Of a DNA stretch of 59,629 nucleotides, positions 49,137 to 58,906 are shown in pieces. A program made the translations under genes and the position numbers. Location: NCBI GenBank assembly GCA_038816475.1, contig JAWBAI010000006.1, positions 1 through 59,629 on the forward strand. Direction: 5' to 3'. This stretch comes from Desulfurococcaceae archaeon (GTDB taxonomy: Archaea > Thermoproteota > Thermoprotei_A > Sulfolobales > Desulfurococcaceae). The notes beneath the pieces were generated by a model that did not search any database, was not told where the DNA came from, and saw nothing but the letters and a program-made list of their open reading frames with translations. Each line of letters starts with the position of its first letter. The stretch's first letter is position 1.

Positions 49137-50876
49137 TCATGGTATGTATTCTAGTCCTAGTTTACTGTAGATCTCTCTGATGATTTTTTCAACTTGCTCA
49201 GAGCTCGTGGATGTTAATATCGCATCCACAATTCTACTTTTTATTATCGATGTATTTATTCTACTCACATAGTACTTTACCTTGCCTACGTGACTCGGAG
49301 GAACGCTCAGCTTCCTAATACCAAGTGCTAGGATAATTGGCAAAGCCCTCGTCTGCGAAGCCATTTCACCACATATTTCTACTTCAATTTTTCTGTTGGC
49401 GCTGTTAATAACTTCAACTACGTGTTTAATCGATCTTAGTACTGCTGGATGAAGCTCGCTGTATAAGTAGGCAACTCGTGGATTTGTCCTATCCACAGCG
49501 AGTATATACTGCGTGAGATCATTCGTTCCTATGCTGATAAAGTCCACTGGGGATTTCTCGATAATTTTGTCAAGCATTAACACAGTTGAAGGAGTCTCAA
49601 TCATAATTCCAAGCTTAGGAGGTTTAGGAGGCGCGTGGAACTCTTCTCTGAGCTCATCTAGAATACTATTTATTAATGCTACTGTCTCGTTGATCTCCTC
49701 AATGAGTGTTACCATTGGTAGAAGAAGCTTAATATTTCCTTCTTTATTCACACTTACAAGAGCTCTGAGAAACGGGTAGAACAACTCCTCCTTGAACTTA
49801 AGTAGTAACCTAATACCACGCATACCCAGTTGAGGATTGTACTCAGATTTGAAATCTAAGTACTCTACTGGTTTATCAGCTCCTAGATCAGGTGCTCTTA
49901 TTATAATCTCTCTCCCAGAGGTGTACCTTGATATCTTGTCAAAAAACTCCAATAACTCCTTTTCTGTAGGAGGCGTTCTTCGACGAATATACAAAAATTC
50001 TACTCTAAATAATCCTACACCATCACATCCATATTCATCTAGTAGTCTTAAGTCCTCTAGAAGTCCTACATTACAGTTTACCTTTACATGTACATTATCA
50101 ATCGACTTGGCTTCTAACTTAGAGTATTCTTTGAATACTCTTGCATACCTCTCATATTTTTCCTTCAACCCTACGTATTCTTTTAATGTGCCCTCTGGTG
50201 GGTCTATGATCAATTTTCCATTGAAAGCATCTACAACACATAAACCACCAGCATAATCTTGCAAATGATAATCTGGTATTATCAGGTATGGTATACCATA
50301 AGTTCTTGCTAGAATAGCAACATGCGATGTAGTTCCACCGTGCCTTGTAACTATAGCTTTTAAGTTACTGTTCTTTAGTTTCATTAGCTCTATTGGAGAT
50401 AACTCCTCAGCATAGATAATAGTGTCTTCAACATGAATACTCCAAGTTGATTCTGCTCCCTTGAGATAGGTAACTAGGTATGATACTAATGATTTCAGAT
50501 CAGATCTGCGGAGATTTATGAGCTCACTACCGCTTACCGCCAATAATTGGTCATACTTAGTGTATGTGTTGATAATAGCATTAAGACCACATAGCCTACT
50601 CTTGAAAACAAGTTCCTCGGCTTCGTCTACGAGATTTTCAAGTATGAGCATAAATGCCTCTAGAAGCTCCTTATCCTCAAAAGCTAAACTCACGAGCTCT
50701 TTGAGCACTTTACTCTTTGCCTCTCTTAGTAAAGCTACCTCTTTCTCGGGATTTTCAGTAGTGCATGGTTCAATCTTATTAATATCTAAAGGGAGTTTAT
50801 CTTCGAGAGTTCTCAACACGCCTATCGCTATTCCCGGAGAAGCTACTAGTCCATTGAATACCTTCAAAAACAACAC
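49137..50876 (-). CDS. ptsI: PTS enzyme I (PEP-protein phosphotransferase)
   Basis: ASPGIAIG, GGTTSHVAILAR (phospho-His), GVGLFRVE, NPQLGMRGIR, MIETP, SIGTNDLTQY and ICGEMA. Confidence 0.97.
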   Translation of the reverse strand: MLFLKVFNGLVASPGIAIGVLRTLEDKLPLDINKIEPCTTENPEKEVALLREAKSKVLKELVSLAFEDKELLEAFMLILENLVDEAEELVFKSRLCGLNAIINTYTKYDQLLAVSGSELINLRRSDLKSLVSYLVTYLKGAESTWSIHVEDTIIYAEELSPIELMKLKNSNLKAIVTRHGGTTSHVAILARTYGIPYLIIPDYHLQDYAGGLCVVDAFNGKLIIDPPEGTLKEYVGLKEKYERYARVFKEYSKLEAKSIDNVHVKVNCNVGLLEDLRLLDEYGCDGVGLFRVEFLYIRRRTPPTEKELLEFFDKISRYTSGREIIIRAPDLGADKPVEYLDFKSEYNPQLGMRGIRLLLKFKEELFYPFLRALVSVNKEGNIKLLLPMVTLIEEINETVALINSILDELREEFHAPPKPPKLGIMIETPSTVLMLDKIIEKSPVDFISIGTNDLTQYILAVDRTNPRVAYLYSELHPAVLRSIKHVVEVINSANRKIEVEICGEMASQTRALPIILALGIRKLSVPPSHVGKVKYYVSRINTSIIKSRIVDAILTSTSSEQVEKIIREIYSKLGLEYIP

Positions 50877-50886
50877 CTCAACAACT

Positions 50887-51162
50887 CTATTTGTCTATTT
50901 CAGGTAATTTTTTCTCCAGAAGCTCTATTATTGCTTGATACGCTCTATCTTCATCATCACCATTAAATTCTAAAATTACTTCATCACCAAGGTCTATTCC
51001 AAGAGCAAGTATTTGCAAAATGTTTTTAGCATTAGCCTCCTTCCCTCCTTTGATAATCTTTATATCTGATCTAAACTGCATACATGTTTTAACAAAAATC
51101 GCTGCAGGCCTAGCGTGTAAACCAGACCTGTTCTTTATTCTAATACTTGTCCTTATAACCAT
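50887..51162 (-). CDS. ptsH: Phosphocarrier protein HPr
   Basis: GLHARPAA with the active His, and ANAKNIL. Confidence 0.96.
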   Translation of the reverse strand: MVIRTSIRIKNRSGLHARPAAIFVKTCMQFRSDIKIIKGGKEANAKNILQILALGIDLGDEVILEFNGDDEDRAYQAIIELLEKKLPEIDK

Positions 51163-51211
51163 TGATAATACCCTGTAGCTGTGCTTAGCGTATTGTTATC
51201 TCCCTATGGTC

Positions 51212-52411
51212 TTAAACATATGTTTGTTTTTGATATACCACATTCCCTTCAACTATAGTCATGGCTACTTCTAGATTCTGATCTAGAACAACAATATCCG
51301 CTTTATAGCCTGGTTTTAATAGACCTATTTTTTCCACTATATTTGCGTTGATTGACCTAGCTGAATTAGTACTGGTCATTTTGAACGCCTCATCTATGCT
51401 ATATCCAAGAGATACTAGGTTCCTGAATGCTCTATCCATAGTTAAGGTGCTACCTGCTAAGCTCCCTGTTTCAACAACTCGTGAAATACCCTTTTTGACC
51501 TCTATCTTTAGTTCACCAAGACTGTATACTCCATCTGGTAGCCCCGTTGCTGAAATAGCATCTGATACCGCTACTATTCTGTTAACACCCGCATACTCTA
51601 TTGTGAACTCAACCATTTGTGGCGATACATGTATAAAATCAACTATTATTTCCACGAAGATACTGGGAGAACGAAGTAACGCCACGACTACTCCTGGCTC
51701 TCTGTGATGTATCTCACGCATTGCATTGTAAATATGAGTTGCCTTTGATGCTCCAGCAATGATAGCATTAGTTGCTTCCTCATAAGTTGCGTTTGTATGA
51801 CCTAATTGAACGATAACACCCCTTGAAACTGCGTGTTTTATAAGTTCTAGTGAGTTTTTGAGTTCTGGAGCCAATGTTAGCTCTCTTATGAATCCGCCGG
51901 ATGCTTCGTAGTACTGATTGAATTCCTCGATCGACGGGTCTCTAATATACTGTTTATTATGTGCACCAGCTTTAACTGGACTAATGTATGGGCCTTCCAT
52001 GTGCAGACCGAGTATTCTTGCACCTACTTTGGGGTTCCACTCCAAGATAGATTTGTACAATGCTTCGGATACCTTGATCAATTTTTCATGAGGAGCTGAA
52101 ACCGTTGATGGAATAAACGACGTCACACCGTATCGAACAAGAGATTTTGACATTTCAATGAAGGATTTTTCACTCCCATCCATCGTATCGTAACCTAGAA
52201 TGCCATGTATATGTGTATCAATGAAGCCTGGTCCACAGATCATGCCATTTAAGTCTAATTCATCCACATATCCTAGTCTATGTGGGTATGGTTCTCTACC
52301 GATTTCTTTTATTATTCCATTTTCTATGAGTATGTAACCCGGGTAAATGTACTCATATGGAGTGTATATTCTTGCGTTTCTTAGTAGTAGAGCTTGGTTC
52401 AAATATATCAA
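51212..52411 (-). CDS. nagA: N-acetylglucosamine-6-phosphate deacetylase
   Basis: PGFIDTHIHG, HMEGPY, GAH, GHTNAT, THIYNAM, SDA and LAGSTLTM. Confidence 0.95.
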   Translation of the reverse strand: MIYLNQALLLRNARIYTPYEYIYPGYILIENGIIKEIGREPYPHRLGYVDELDLNGMICGPGFIDTHIHGILGYDTMDGSEKSFIEMSKSLVRYGVTSFIPSTVSAPHEKLIKVSEALYKSILEWNPKVGARILGLHMEGPYISPVKAGAHNKQYIRDPSIEEFNQYYEASGGFIRELTLAPELKNSLELIKHAVSRGVIVQLGHTNATYEEATNAIIAGASKATHIYNAMREIHHREPGVVVALLRSPSIFVEIIVDFIHVSPQMVEFTIEYAGVNRIVAVSDAISATGLPDGVYSLGELKIEVKKGISRVVETGSLAGSTLTMDRAFRNLVSLGYSIDEAFKMTSTNSARSINANIVEKIGLLKPGYKADIVVLDQNLEVAMTIVEGNVVYQKQTYV

Positions 52412-52426
52412 CCCTACTGTTCTCGG

Positions 52427-52909
52427 TTATATACTTGAATTATGTAGTAATTTTTCTAAGTATTCTCTCATGATTTTCTTTACTTCTTCCTCTGATTTAG
52501 CATTTATAACTTTGTTTTTAAACTCCTCATCTGAGATCAATGTTGCAAGTATTTGAAGTGCTCTTAGATGGCTTGTCTTATCCACAGCTGTAAAGCCTAT
52601 TACAATATACACAGGGTCATTGTGAGATCCGAAGTTGACGGGTTTTCTCAATACAACAATGCTAAACCCTGGTCTTAAAGCTCCGTCCTCTGGCCTTGCA
52701 TGAGGAATAGCTATGCCCGGTGCTATGACGGCGTAGGGTCCTAGTTCTTCAGTTACCCTGATCATAGCTTCTATGTATGATTCTTTTGCTCTAGAGTTCT
52801 TGACAAGTAGCTCACCCGCTAATCTTACTGCTTCTTTCCAATCATTAGCGTTAGCATTAACTAAGATCATGTCATCGATAAGCTCTAAAATGTTCAGCTC
52901 GTAACTCAT
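52427..52909 (-). CDS. PTS EIIA component (UlaC/fructose-type fold)
   Basis: WKEAVRLAG, LGPYAVIAPGIAIPHARPE and PVNFG. Confidence 0.93.
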   Translation of the reverse strand: MSYELNILELIDDMILVNANANDWKEAVRLAGELLVKNSRAKESYIEAMIRVTEELGPYAVIAPGIAIPHARPEDGALRPGFSIVVLRKPVNFGSHNDPVYIVIGFTAVDKTSHLRALQILATLISDEEFKNKVINAKSEEEVKKIMREYLEKLLHNSSI

Positions 52910-52918
52910 GTAATCGCC

Positions 52919-53674
52919 TTATAGAGGTTTAATAATGCTAATATATTTTTCAACGTATTTCTTGTTCTTCTCTATACCTCCTGGGATGTTTGCGCTCATC
53001 CAAACCTCTGGTTCAATACCTTTTTCCACCAGCTTTTCAACAACCCTAGCTACTAGAGATTGTAGTATAAACGCATTTATAATCGTTGAGACTGGTGAAA
53101 CAGGCTGTGAAAAACCATTTACTTTATATGCTGCATCGCCTATAGGAACTTTGTTATCTATTACAACATCGGCTATTTCATATAGTCTCTTGCCAAGTGG
53201 ATTTTCGGGTGGCACGCTTCGAGAGTACTCTATCGATGTTAATGCAATTACTTTAAAGCCCATTTTCTTAGCTTCAAATGCCAATTCGACGGGAACAGCG
53301 TTTTTACCCGAGTTGGATACGATAATTAAAGTGGAATTAGGCACTATGTGTAAACTATTTAGTAATGCCTTAGCATAGCCCGACACCCTCTCTAAGTAAG
53401 TACTTTTTAAAGCACCATTCATAGCTGATATTGACCAATCAAATATAGGATAAATTCTAACTAATCCACCTGCTCTGTAAAACATCTCCAATGATAGAAT
53501 CATAGAGTGACCAGTCCCGAAAACATAGATAAATCCGTCTTTTTCGAGTGTTTCCACGAGAACACTGGCTGCTTTTTCTAGATTTTCTCGTTCTTCGATT
53601 ACTACTTTTTCCATAATTTCGTCTACGATTTTTTTATACCGTAAAAACGTATCCATGCCTATTCCCTTGTACAA
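52919..53674 (-). CDS. SIS-domain phosphosugar isomerase-like protein
   Basis: [30 protein letters not shown] and SAN. Confidence 0.88.
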   Translation of the reverse strand: MYKGIGMDTFLRYKKIVDEIMEKVVIEERENLEKAASVLVETLEKDGFIYVFGTGHSMILSLEMFYRAGGLVRIYPIFDWSISAMNGALKSTYLERVSGYAKALLNSLHIVPNSTLIIVSNSGKNAVPVELAFEAKKMGFKVIALTSIEYSRSVPPENPLGKRLYEIADVVIDNKVPIGDAAYKVNGFSQPVSPVSTIINAFILQSLVARVVEKLVEKGIEPEVWMSANIPGGIEKNKKYVEKYISIIKPL

Positions 53675-53846
53675 CGTTATTCAATAATTAGTTCTTCGCT
53701 TAGGCCTTTAATAAATCGACCTATGATTTGTTCAGGAAACACGCTGGCTATGTCTAGTTATACTCTTTTTAATTCATTAAGGGACTCGTACAAAGATTTT
53801 TTAAATACTCATAGTTTTCATAAAGTGTGATAGAGGAGGGCTCCAT

Positions 53847-54173
53847 ATGAGTATTCAAACCAAATATGTGTTAAACAGAACTTTGAAGGTTTTAACAGTT
53901 TGCGGTGTTGGTCAAGGTAGTTCATTATTAATGAAGATGTTTGCAGAGGATGTATTCAAGGAATTAAAAATACCAGCTAGGGTTGAATCAACAGAGATAC
54001 TAACAGCTAAAGCAGGAGGAGCAGATATCATTATATGCTCTATACTGCACGAGCCAGAGCTTCGAGGTTCCGCACCAATCGTGATTGGATTAAAGAACTT
54101 GATCGATAAGAAAGAAATGAAAGAGAAACTCGTAAAATCGCTAGTAGAGAAAGGATGGTTAATAGTTAGTTGA
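53847..54173 (+). CDS. PTS EIIB component (UlaB-like)
   Basis: Phospho-Cys loop VLTVCGVGQGSSL. Confidence 0.92.
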   Translation: MSIQTKYVLNRTLKVLTVCGVGQGSSLLMKMFAEDVFKELKIPARVESTEILTAKAGGADIIICSILHEPELRGSAPIVIGLKNLIDKKEMKEKLVKSLVEKGWLIVS

Positions 54174-54197
54174 AGTTAAAAAGTTTAGCGATAGAAA

Positions 54198-55499
54198 CTA
54201 CTTCAAGAACGGAGATAGTATACCTTTCAATAACCAAATTATTACGTACCAGTCGGGGTCAGCTAGTGTTGCTAGTTCAGGAGCGTGTGTTAACGCTGGT
54301 AATGTTAACGCCTGTCCAATAGCTAGTATTAATCCATTTATAGCTCCCCCTAGTACTGCTCCCTTCCACCCACCTCTCCTATTTCCAAACACAGCAGCAG
54401 CTCCTCCAGGGAAGAATAGCATTATCATTGGTGGAACAATCACGGCGAAGCCTGTAACTAGGAATATACCCATAAATATTAGGAATACTATTAATCCACT
54501 AACGAAACCTATTATTACAGCTGTTGGTGCTTGAGGAAACACCACGGGGCAGTCCACAGCTGGCTTTGCTCCAGGCACTATTTTCATGGCGAATCCTCTG
54601 AAAGCGGGAATTATCTCTGAGATAAACATTCTAACTCCTGTTAGCAATACTACAATTGATACAGCAAAATACACACCTCTCAAGATTGCCCATATGACCG
54701 GGTTCACGCCTCCAGCTAATTGAGTAATTGCTCCCGGGTTTACAGCGTAGCCGAATACTACAGCTATAACCATTATTAAACCCAATATTACAACTGTACT
54801 AACTGCATAGTCTTTAAAGAAGCTTAAACTCTTCGGAAACTTTATAAGCTCTGTGCTCTCCTCGGGTTTACCAACGTATTTTCCTAGTTTATACGCTAGC
54901 CATGCTGCTAAAGATGATGTATGACCATAAGCTATATCTGGTGAAGCCATTACATCTGTCATGGCTCTATGTATGTAAGCTGGCTGAATACTCCAGTAAA
55001 GAGCCATTACAATGGACCCTATTCCAAGAATCTCAAGAGGACTCGCAGTTGGCTTAATGGTTAGTATAGTAGCTACAACAGTAAGTGAAACCCACCACAT
55101 CAGGTGACCTGTTAAGTACACGTATTTTAGTTTCGTGAAACGTGCAATAAGAAGGTGTATAATAAATGCTATCGTCATTATCATAGCTACATAGCTTCCA
55201 TATCTTGCTACAACATCACTTAGGGGAATGTAACCAACAGGGTATTTCGGCTGAACTCCTATAGCTCGTCCGAGAACTTCCTGGAAGTTTAACAACTCTT
55301 GAACGAACAAAGTAGCACCAGCTAACATCATAGCAACTCCAATCATTACCTTAGCCGTACCCAGAACTATTTCGTCCACCGGTTTTCTCTGCAAGACTAA
55401 TCCTATTAACGCTACTATACCTAGAAGAATTATTGGTTGTCCTAGGATATTAGAACCTATCCAATATAATATATCTAATATCAATCCCTTCTCACCCAT
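54198..55499 (-). CDS. PTS EIIC permease, ascorbate (UlaA/SgaT) family
   Basis: YLTGH, AYGH, GVRMF.SEIIPAFRG, VPGAKPAVDCP and FGN.RGG. Confidence 0.93.
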   Translation of the reverse strand: MGEKGLILDILYWIGSNILGQPIILLGIVALIGLVLQRKPVDEIVLGTAKVMIGVAMMLAGATLFVQELLNFQEVLGRAIGVQPKYPVGYIPLSDVVARYGSYVAMIMTIAFIIHLLIARFTKLKYVYLTGHLMWWVSLTVVATILTIKPTASPLEILGIGSIVMALYWSIQPAYIHRAMTDVMASPDIAYGHTSSLAAWLAYKLGKYVGKPEESTELIKFPKSLSFFKDYAVSTVVILGLIMVIAVVFGYAVNPGAITQLAGGVNPVIWAILRGVYFAVSIVVLLTGVRMFISEIIPAFRGFAMKIVPGAKPAVDCPVVFPQAPTAVIIGFVSGLIVFLIFMGIFLVTGFAVIVPPMIMLFFPGGAAAVFGNRRGGWKGAVLGGAINGLILAIGQALTLPALTHAPELATLADPDWYVIIWLLKGILSPFLK

Positions 55500-55882
55500 C
55501 TCAATATGATATACCGTAGCTTGAGCTTATAAATTTATTCATCGAAATTGCTTAATCAAAACATAATACATCTGATTAGAAACCTTTATTTATAAAAGTT
55601 CAAGATTTAACTTTATTGAACTTATAGTGCTATTTATTCATAGTGCTCTATGAACCGTATTGCTATACTAGAACTCAACTTAATCGGCATCTTTACTGTA
55701 ACAAAAATAGGATGAATTTATGAATAACCCATAGGATTTGATAATTTTAAATTAACGTATAGTACCTTGTTACGCTGGAATTACATTGAGGGTAAGTCCT
55801 GGGCAACGTTCCCACTAACTACTTCACCGGTTGAAAGCCTAAGTACAGAACACATTCCTACCGCGTAGCATGTTTTTGGATG

Positions 55883-56281
55883 CTAGAAGCTCGTTAGGTA
55901 TTCGATCGCGTTGTTTAGTTCCTCGTCCATCCCCTCTATTGTTAGTCTTATCGGGCCCAGCGGGGACTCCTTATCGCTGTCTACTAGTGACATTTTGCCA
56001 GCGTACGCAGCCTGCTTGTGGAGTAGTATGGTGATGATGTTTCCGTACCTGTACTTCACCAGGTAGCTTCTGAGAGCTGGTTCAGCTTCCTGCGCTCGAG
56101 CCATGTTCCTGAGGGGCTCCAGGGATTCTATCCTCGTGCTTCGTGCTCTAAGCACTCTGTAGCCTTCTCCAAGCTCTTCGACTTCAATGCTCTCCGGGTT
56201 TACAACGGCTAGAACAGCCTTTTTAACCTTCTCGGGGTCTTCGGTGGGCCTGATCTCGGCTTCAACAGTGACTAGAACCAT
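55883..56281 (-). CDS. UPF0201/DUF54 RNA-binding-fold protein
   Basis: RPTEDPEKV, HKQAA and ESPLGPI. Confidence 0.85.
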   Translation of the reverse strand: MVLVTVEAEIRPTEDPEKVKKAVLAVVNPESIEVEELGEGYRVLRARSTRIESLEPLRNMARAQEAEPALRSYLVKYRYGNIITILLHKQAAYAGKMSLVDSDKESPLGPIRLTIEGMDEELNNAIEYLTSF

Positions 56282-56828
56282 GGGTTGTCACCAGGTTCTC
56301 GAGGATTCTGCGAGCACAACTCCTGGTCTCCTCGATCGAACCCTCGTTCACGATCACGTGGTCAGCGAGAGCAATCACGGAGCCCAATCCAAACCCCAGT
56401 TCAACCATGTCCCTCTTCCTGAACTCCTCGTAGGTTTCAGGGTCTCCTGGTCTACGCCTAGCTCTCAACCTCTCATACCTTGTTCTCGGTGAGGCGTGAA
56501 CAGCAACAATCACCGTATCCCCGGTTCTCCTGAAGACCTCCACCTCCACGAGGCTCCTGATACCATCGATCAGTACAACGCTGCAGGAGGGGTTCTCCCT
56601 GAGTATCCTTTCAACTGTTCTAACCGCAACAACATCCTCGCCGAACTCCATCCTAAGCCTCCTGGAGGTTTCAACCATGAGCTCAGGTGTTATAGCACCA
56701 TACCTTCTCAGCGTTTCCTCCCGGACGACGTCACCCATGGTGTAAACAGGGATCCCCAGTTCGCGTGCAACATCAGCAACCACGCTCTTACCAGAGCCAG
56801 GCATACCAGCTACCAAAACGAAGAGCAA
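56262..56828 (-). CDS. UPF0200 nucleotide kinase (dephospho-CoA kinase-like)
   Basis: GMPGSGKS, MGDVVRE, IDGIRS..E and RD..ELGFG. Confidence 0.85.
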   Translation of the reverse strand: MLFVLVAGMPGSGKSVVADVARELGIPVYTMGDVVREETLRRYGAITPELMVETSRRLRMEFGEDVVAVRTVERILRENPSCSVVLIDGIRSLVEVEVFRRTGDTVIVAVHASPRTRYERLRARRRPGDPETYEEFRKRDMVELGFGLGSVIALADHVIVNEGSIEETRSCARRILENLVTTHGSSHC

Positions 56829-56899
56829 AACTCCTCACCGTAAGCACATGGTATACTACGTGGTAAGCTATATATCTGCTTCTACCACCATGATACCAC

Positions 56900-57481
56900 G
56901 TGGTGAGTAGAGAGTTGAACGAGCACGTGAGAACATTCGTAGCAGTTGAGATCAAGAACCAGGCTGTTCTGAGAAAACTCATCGAGGTGAGAAACCAGCT
57001 GGTGGCAACGGGCGCAGAGCTCAAGCCCGTGGAGGATGAGAACATTCATCTGACACTGAGGTTCATAGGTGAAATACCCCTGAGCCTGGTTAGAGTACTC
57101 TGCAGCGAGATCTCGGAGATCAAGTACCCGAGGTTCCAGGTGCACGTCAAAGGCTTAGGTGCTTTCCCGTCTCCAACCAGGCCAAGAGTGCTCTGGGCGG
57201 GTGTTGAAGAAGGTGGAGAAAAACTGGTGGAACTGCACAACCTCGTTGAGAACAAGGTGAAGAGGATCGGAATACCACCGGACAGAGAAGAGTTCGTTCC
57301 ACACATAACACTAGCCAGAGTCAAAGGACTCCGTGGACTCGATAAGCTCGTTAAAACCGTGATGATCCTTCAGAACACGGACTTCGGCTACACCGAGATA
57401 GACGAAGTCGTAGTAAAGAAGAGTGTTCTAACCCCCAGCGGCCCCATATACAGCAACCTCTGCACTGTTAAACTCGAGTAA
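56900..57481 (+). CDS. thpR: RNA 2',3'-cyclic phosphodiesterase (2H family)
   Basis: Two HxT motifs: HLTLRFIGE and PHITLARVK. Confidence 0.93.
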   Translation: MVSRELNEHVRTFVAVEIKNQAVLRKLIEVRNQLVATGAELKPVEDENIHLTLRFIGEIPLSLVRVLCSEISEIKYPRFQVHVKGLGAFPSPTRPRVLWAGVEEGGEKLVELHNLVENKVKRIGIPPDREEFVPHITLARVKGLRGLDKLVKTVMILQNTDFGYTEIDEVVVKKSVLTPSGPIYSNLCTVKLE

Positions 57482-57499
57482 ACGGTAAACGGGTTCCAA

Positions 57500-58906
57500 A
57501 TGGAGCTAACACCACTCGAGATCAAAGTACTCGAGGCGATTAAACCCCGAGAGGAGGAGTACAAGCTTCTGCTAGGCACCTACGAGAGAGTAGCCAGTGC
57601 TGTTGAAGCTGCTCTCAGGAGACACGGGATCACAGCAGAGGTTACGCTGCAGGGTAGCGTAGCTCACGACACGTGGTTATCCGGAGACAGAGACCTCGAC
57701 GTCTTCGTTCTCTTCCCGGAGAACTGGTCGAGAGAAGACCTCGAGAAGAAGGCTCTACCGATCCTCCTAGAGGCAGCTCAGCAGCTTGGTACCTGCGAGC
57801 TCATGTACGCAGAACACCCCTACGTCAGGCTGAGAACAAACGGTGTTGAAGTAGACCTGGTTCCCGGTTTAAAGCTCAGGGATCCCAGGGAGATCAAGAC
57901 AGCTGTCGACAGAACACCGTTTCACACGATGTACATAAGCAAAGCTTTAACAAGAGAGCAGAGGGACCACGTGAGACTGCTCAAGAAGTTCATGAAGGCA
58001 ATAGGAGTATACGGTGCAGAGGTTAAAACCAGAGGGTTCAGCGGCTACGCTGTTGAACTACTGGTAGGGGTGTTCGGGAGCTTCAGAGGAGTCGTTGAGA
58101 ACGCCTCCCGGTGGAAACCACCGGTTTACGTGGACACCCTAGGAGGAGGATTAACAAGGCAACTCAAGGATACCCTGGCAAGGAAGTACCCGGATTCCTG
58201 CATGTACATGCCGGACCCGGTTGACCCCGAGAGGAACGTAACCGCGAACGTGAGCTTGAAAAGCCTAGCAACCTTCATCATAGCATCCAAGTGCTACTTG
58301 AGGAACCCGGGGTTGGAGTTCTTCGAGGAGCCACCTGAACCAAGCATCAGCGAGCTTCTGAAGGCGTCTGAGGGGAGGTGCCTGGTCTTCCTGGTTTACA
58401 ACCTACGAGAGAAGCTACCACCGGATGTCGTATGGGGTGAAGCACAGAGAGTATCACTGAGGCTGTACAGGCTGCTCGAGGTTCTCGGCGTAGAACCCGT
58501 GGACTACTCGGCGTGGACGGATGAATCGGAGGTTGCAGTTGTAGCAGTCGAACTTGAGACCTGCAGGTTACCGAACTACAAGCACTACCGTGGACCATGC
58601 ATAGCCCACGAGGACAACCGCATATACGGGTTCATATCAAAGCACGCTGGTAGTGGATACGGACCCTGGATAACGGATGATGGATGCCTCGAGTCTCTGG
58701 ACCCCCGGGGAGCCGTTGATGTAGCCGAGGTCATAGAGTCGAAGTGGATGGAGTACACGGTTGCACCCCACTTCAGAACAGTTAAACCCGCTGTGTACAC
58801 GGCTTCGAAAGACCTCTTCGAGGAGATAGCACAGAGAGGGGGTGGTAGATGGCTGAGAAGCTTTTTAGTCAAGGCACCACACTGGATGGTGAAGTGCACT
58901 TCCTAG
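57500..58906 (+). CDS. cca: Class I CCA-adding enzyme
   Basis: QGSVAHDTWL..DRDLDVF, YAEHPY, TAVDRTPFH, GFSGY..ELL and DPVDP.RN. Confidence 0.96.
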   Translation: MELTPLEIKVLEAIKPREEEYKLLLGTYERVASAVEAALRRHGITAEVTLQGSVAHDTWLSGDRDLDVFVLFPENWSREDLEKKALPILLEAAQQLGTCELMYAEHPYVRLRTNGVEVDLVPGLKLRDPREIKTAVDRTPFHTMYISKALTREQRDHVRLLKKFMKAIGVYGAEVKTRGFSGYAVELLVGVFGSFRGVVENASRWKPPVYVDTLGGGLTRQLKDTLARKYPDSCMYMPDPVDPERNVTANVSLKSLATFIIASKCYLRNPGLEFFEEPPEPSISELLKASEGRCLVFLVYNLREKLPPDVVWGEAQRVSLRLYRLLEVLGVEPVDYSAWTDESEVAVVAVELETCRLPNYKHYRGPCIAHEDNRIYGFISKHAGSGYGPWITDDGCLESLDPRGAVDVAEVIESKWMEYTVAPHFRTVKPAVYTASKDLFEEIAQRGGGRWLRSFLVKAPHWMVKCTS

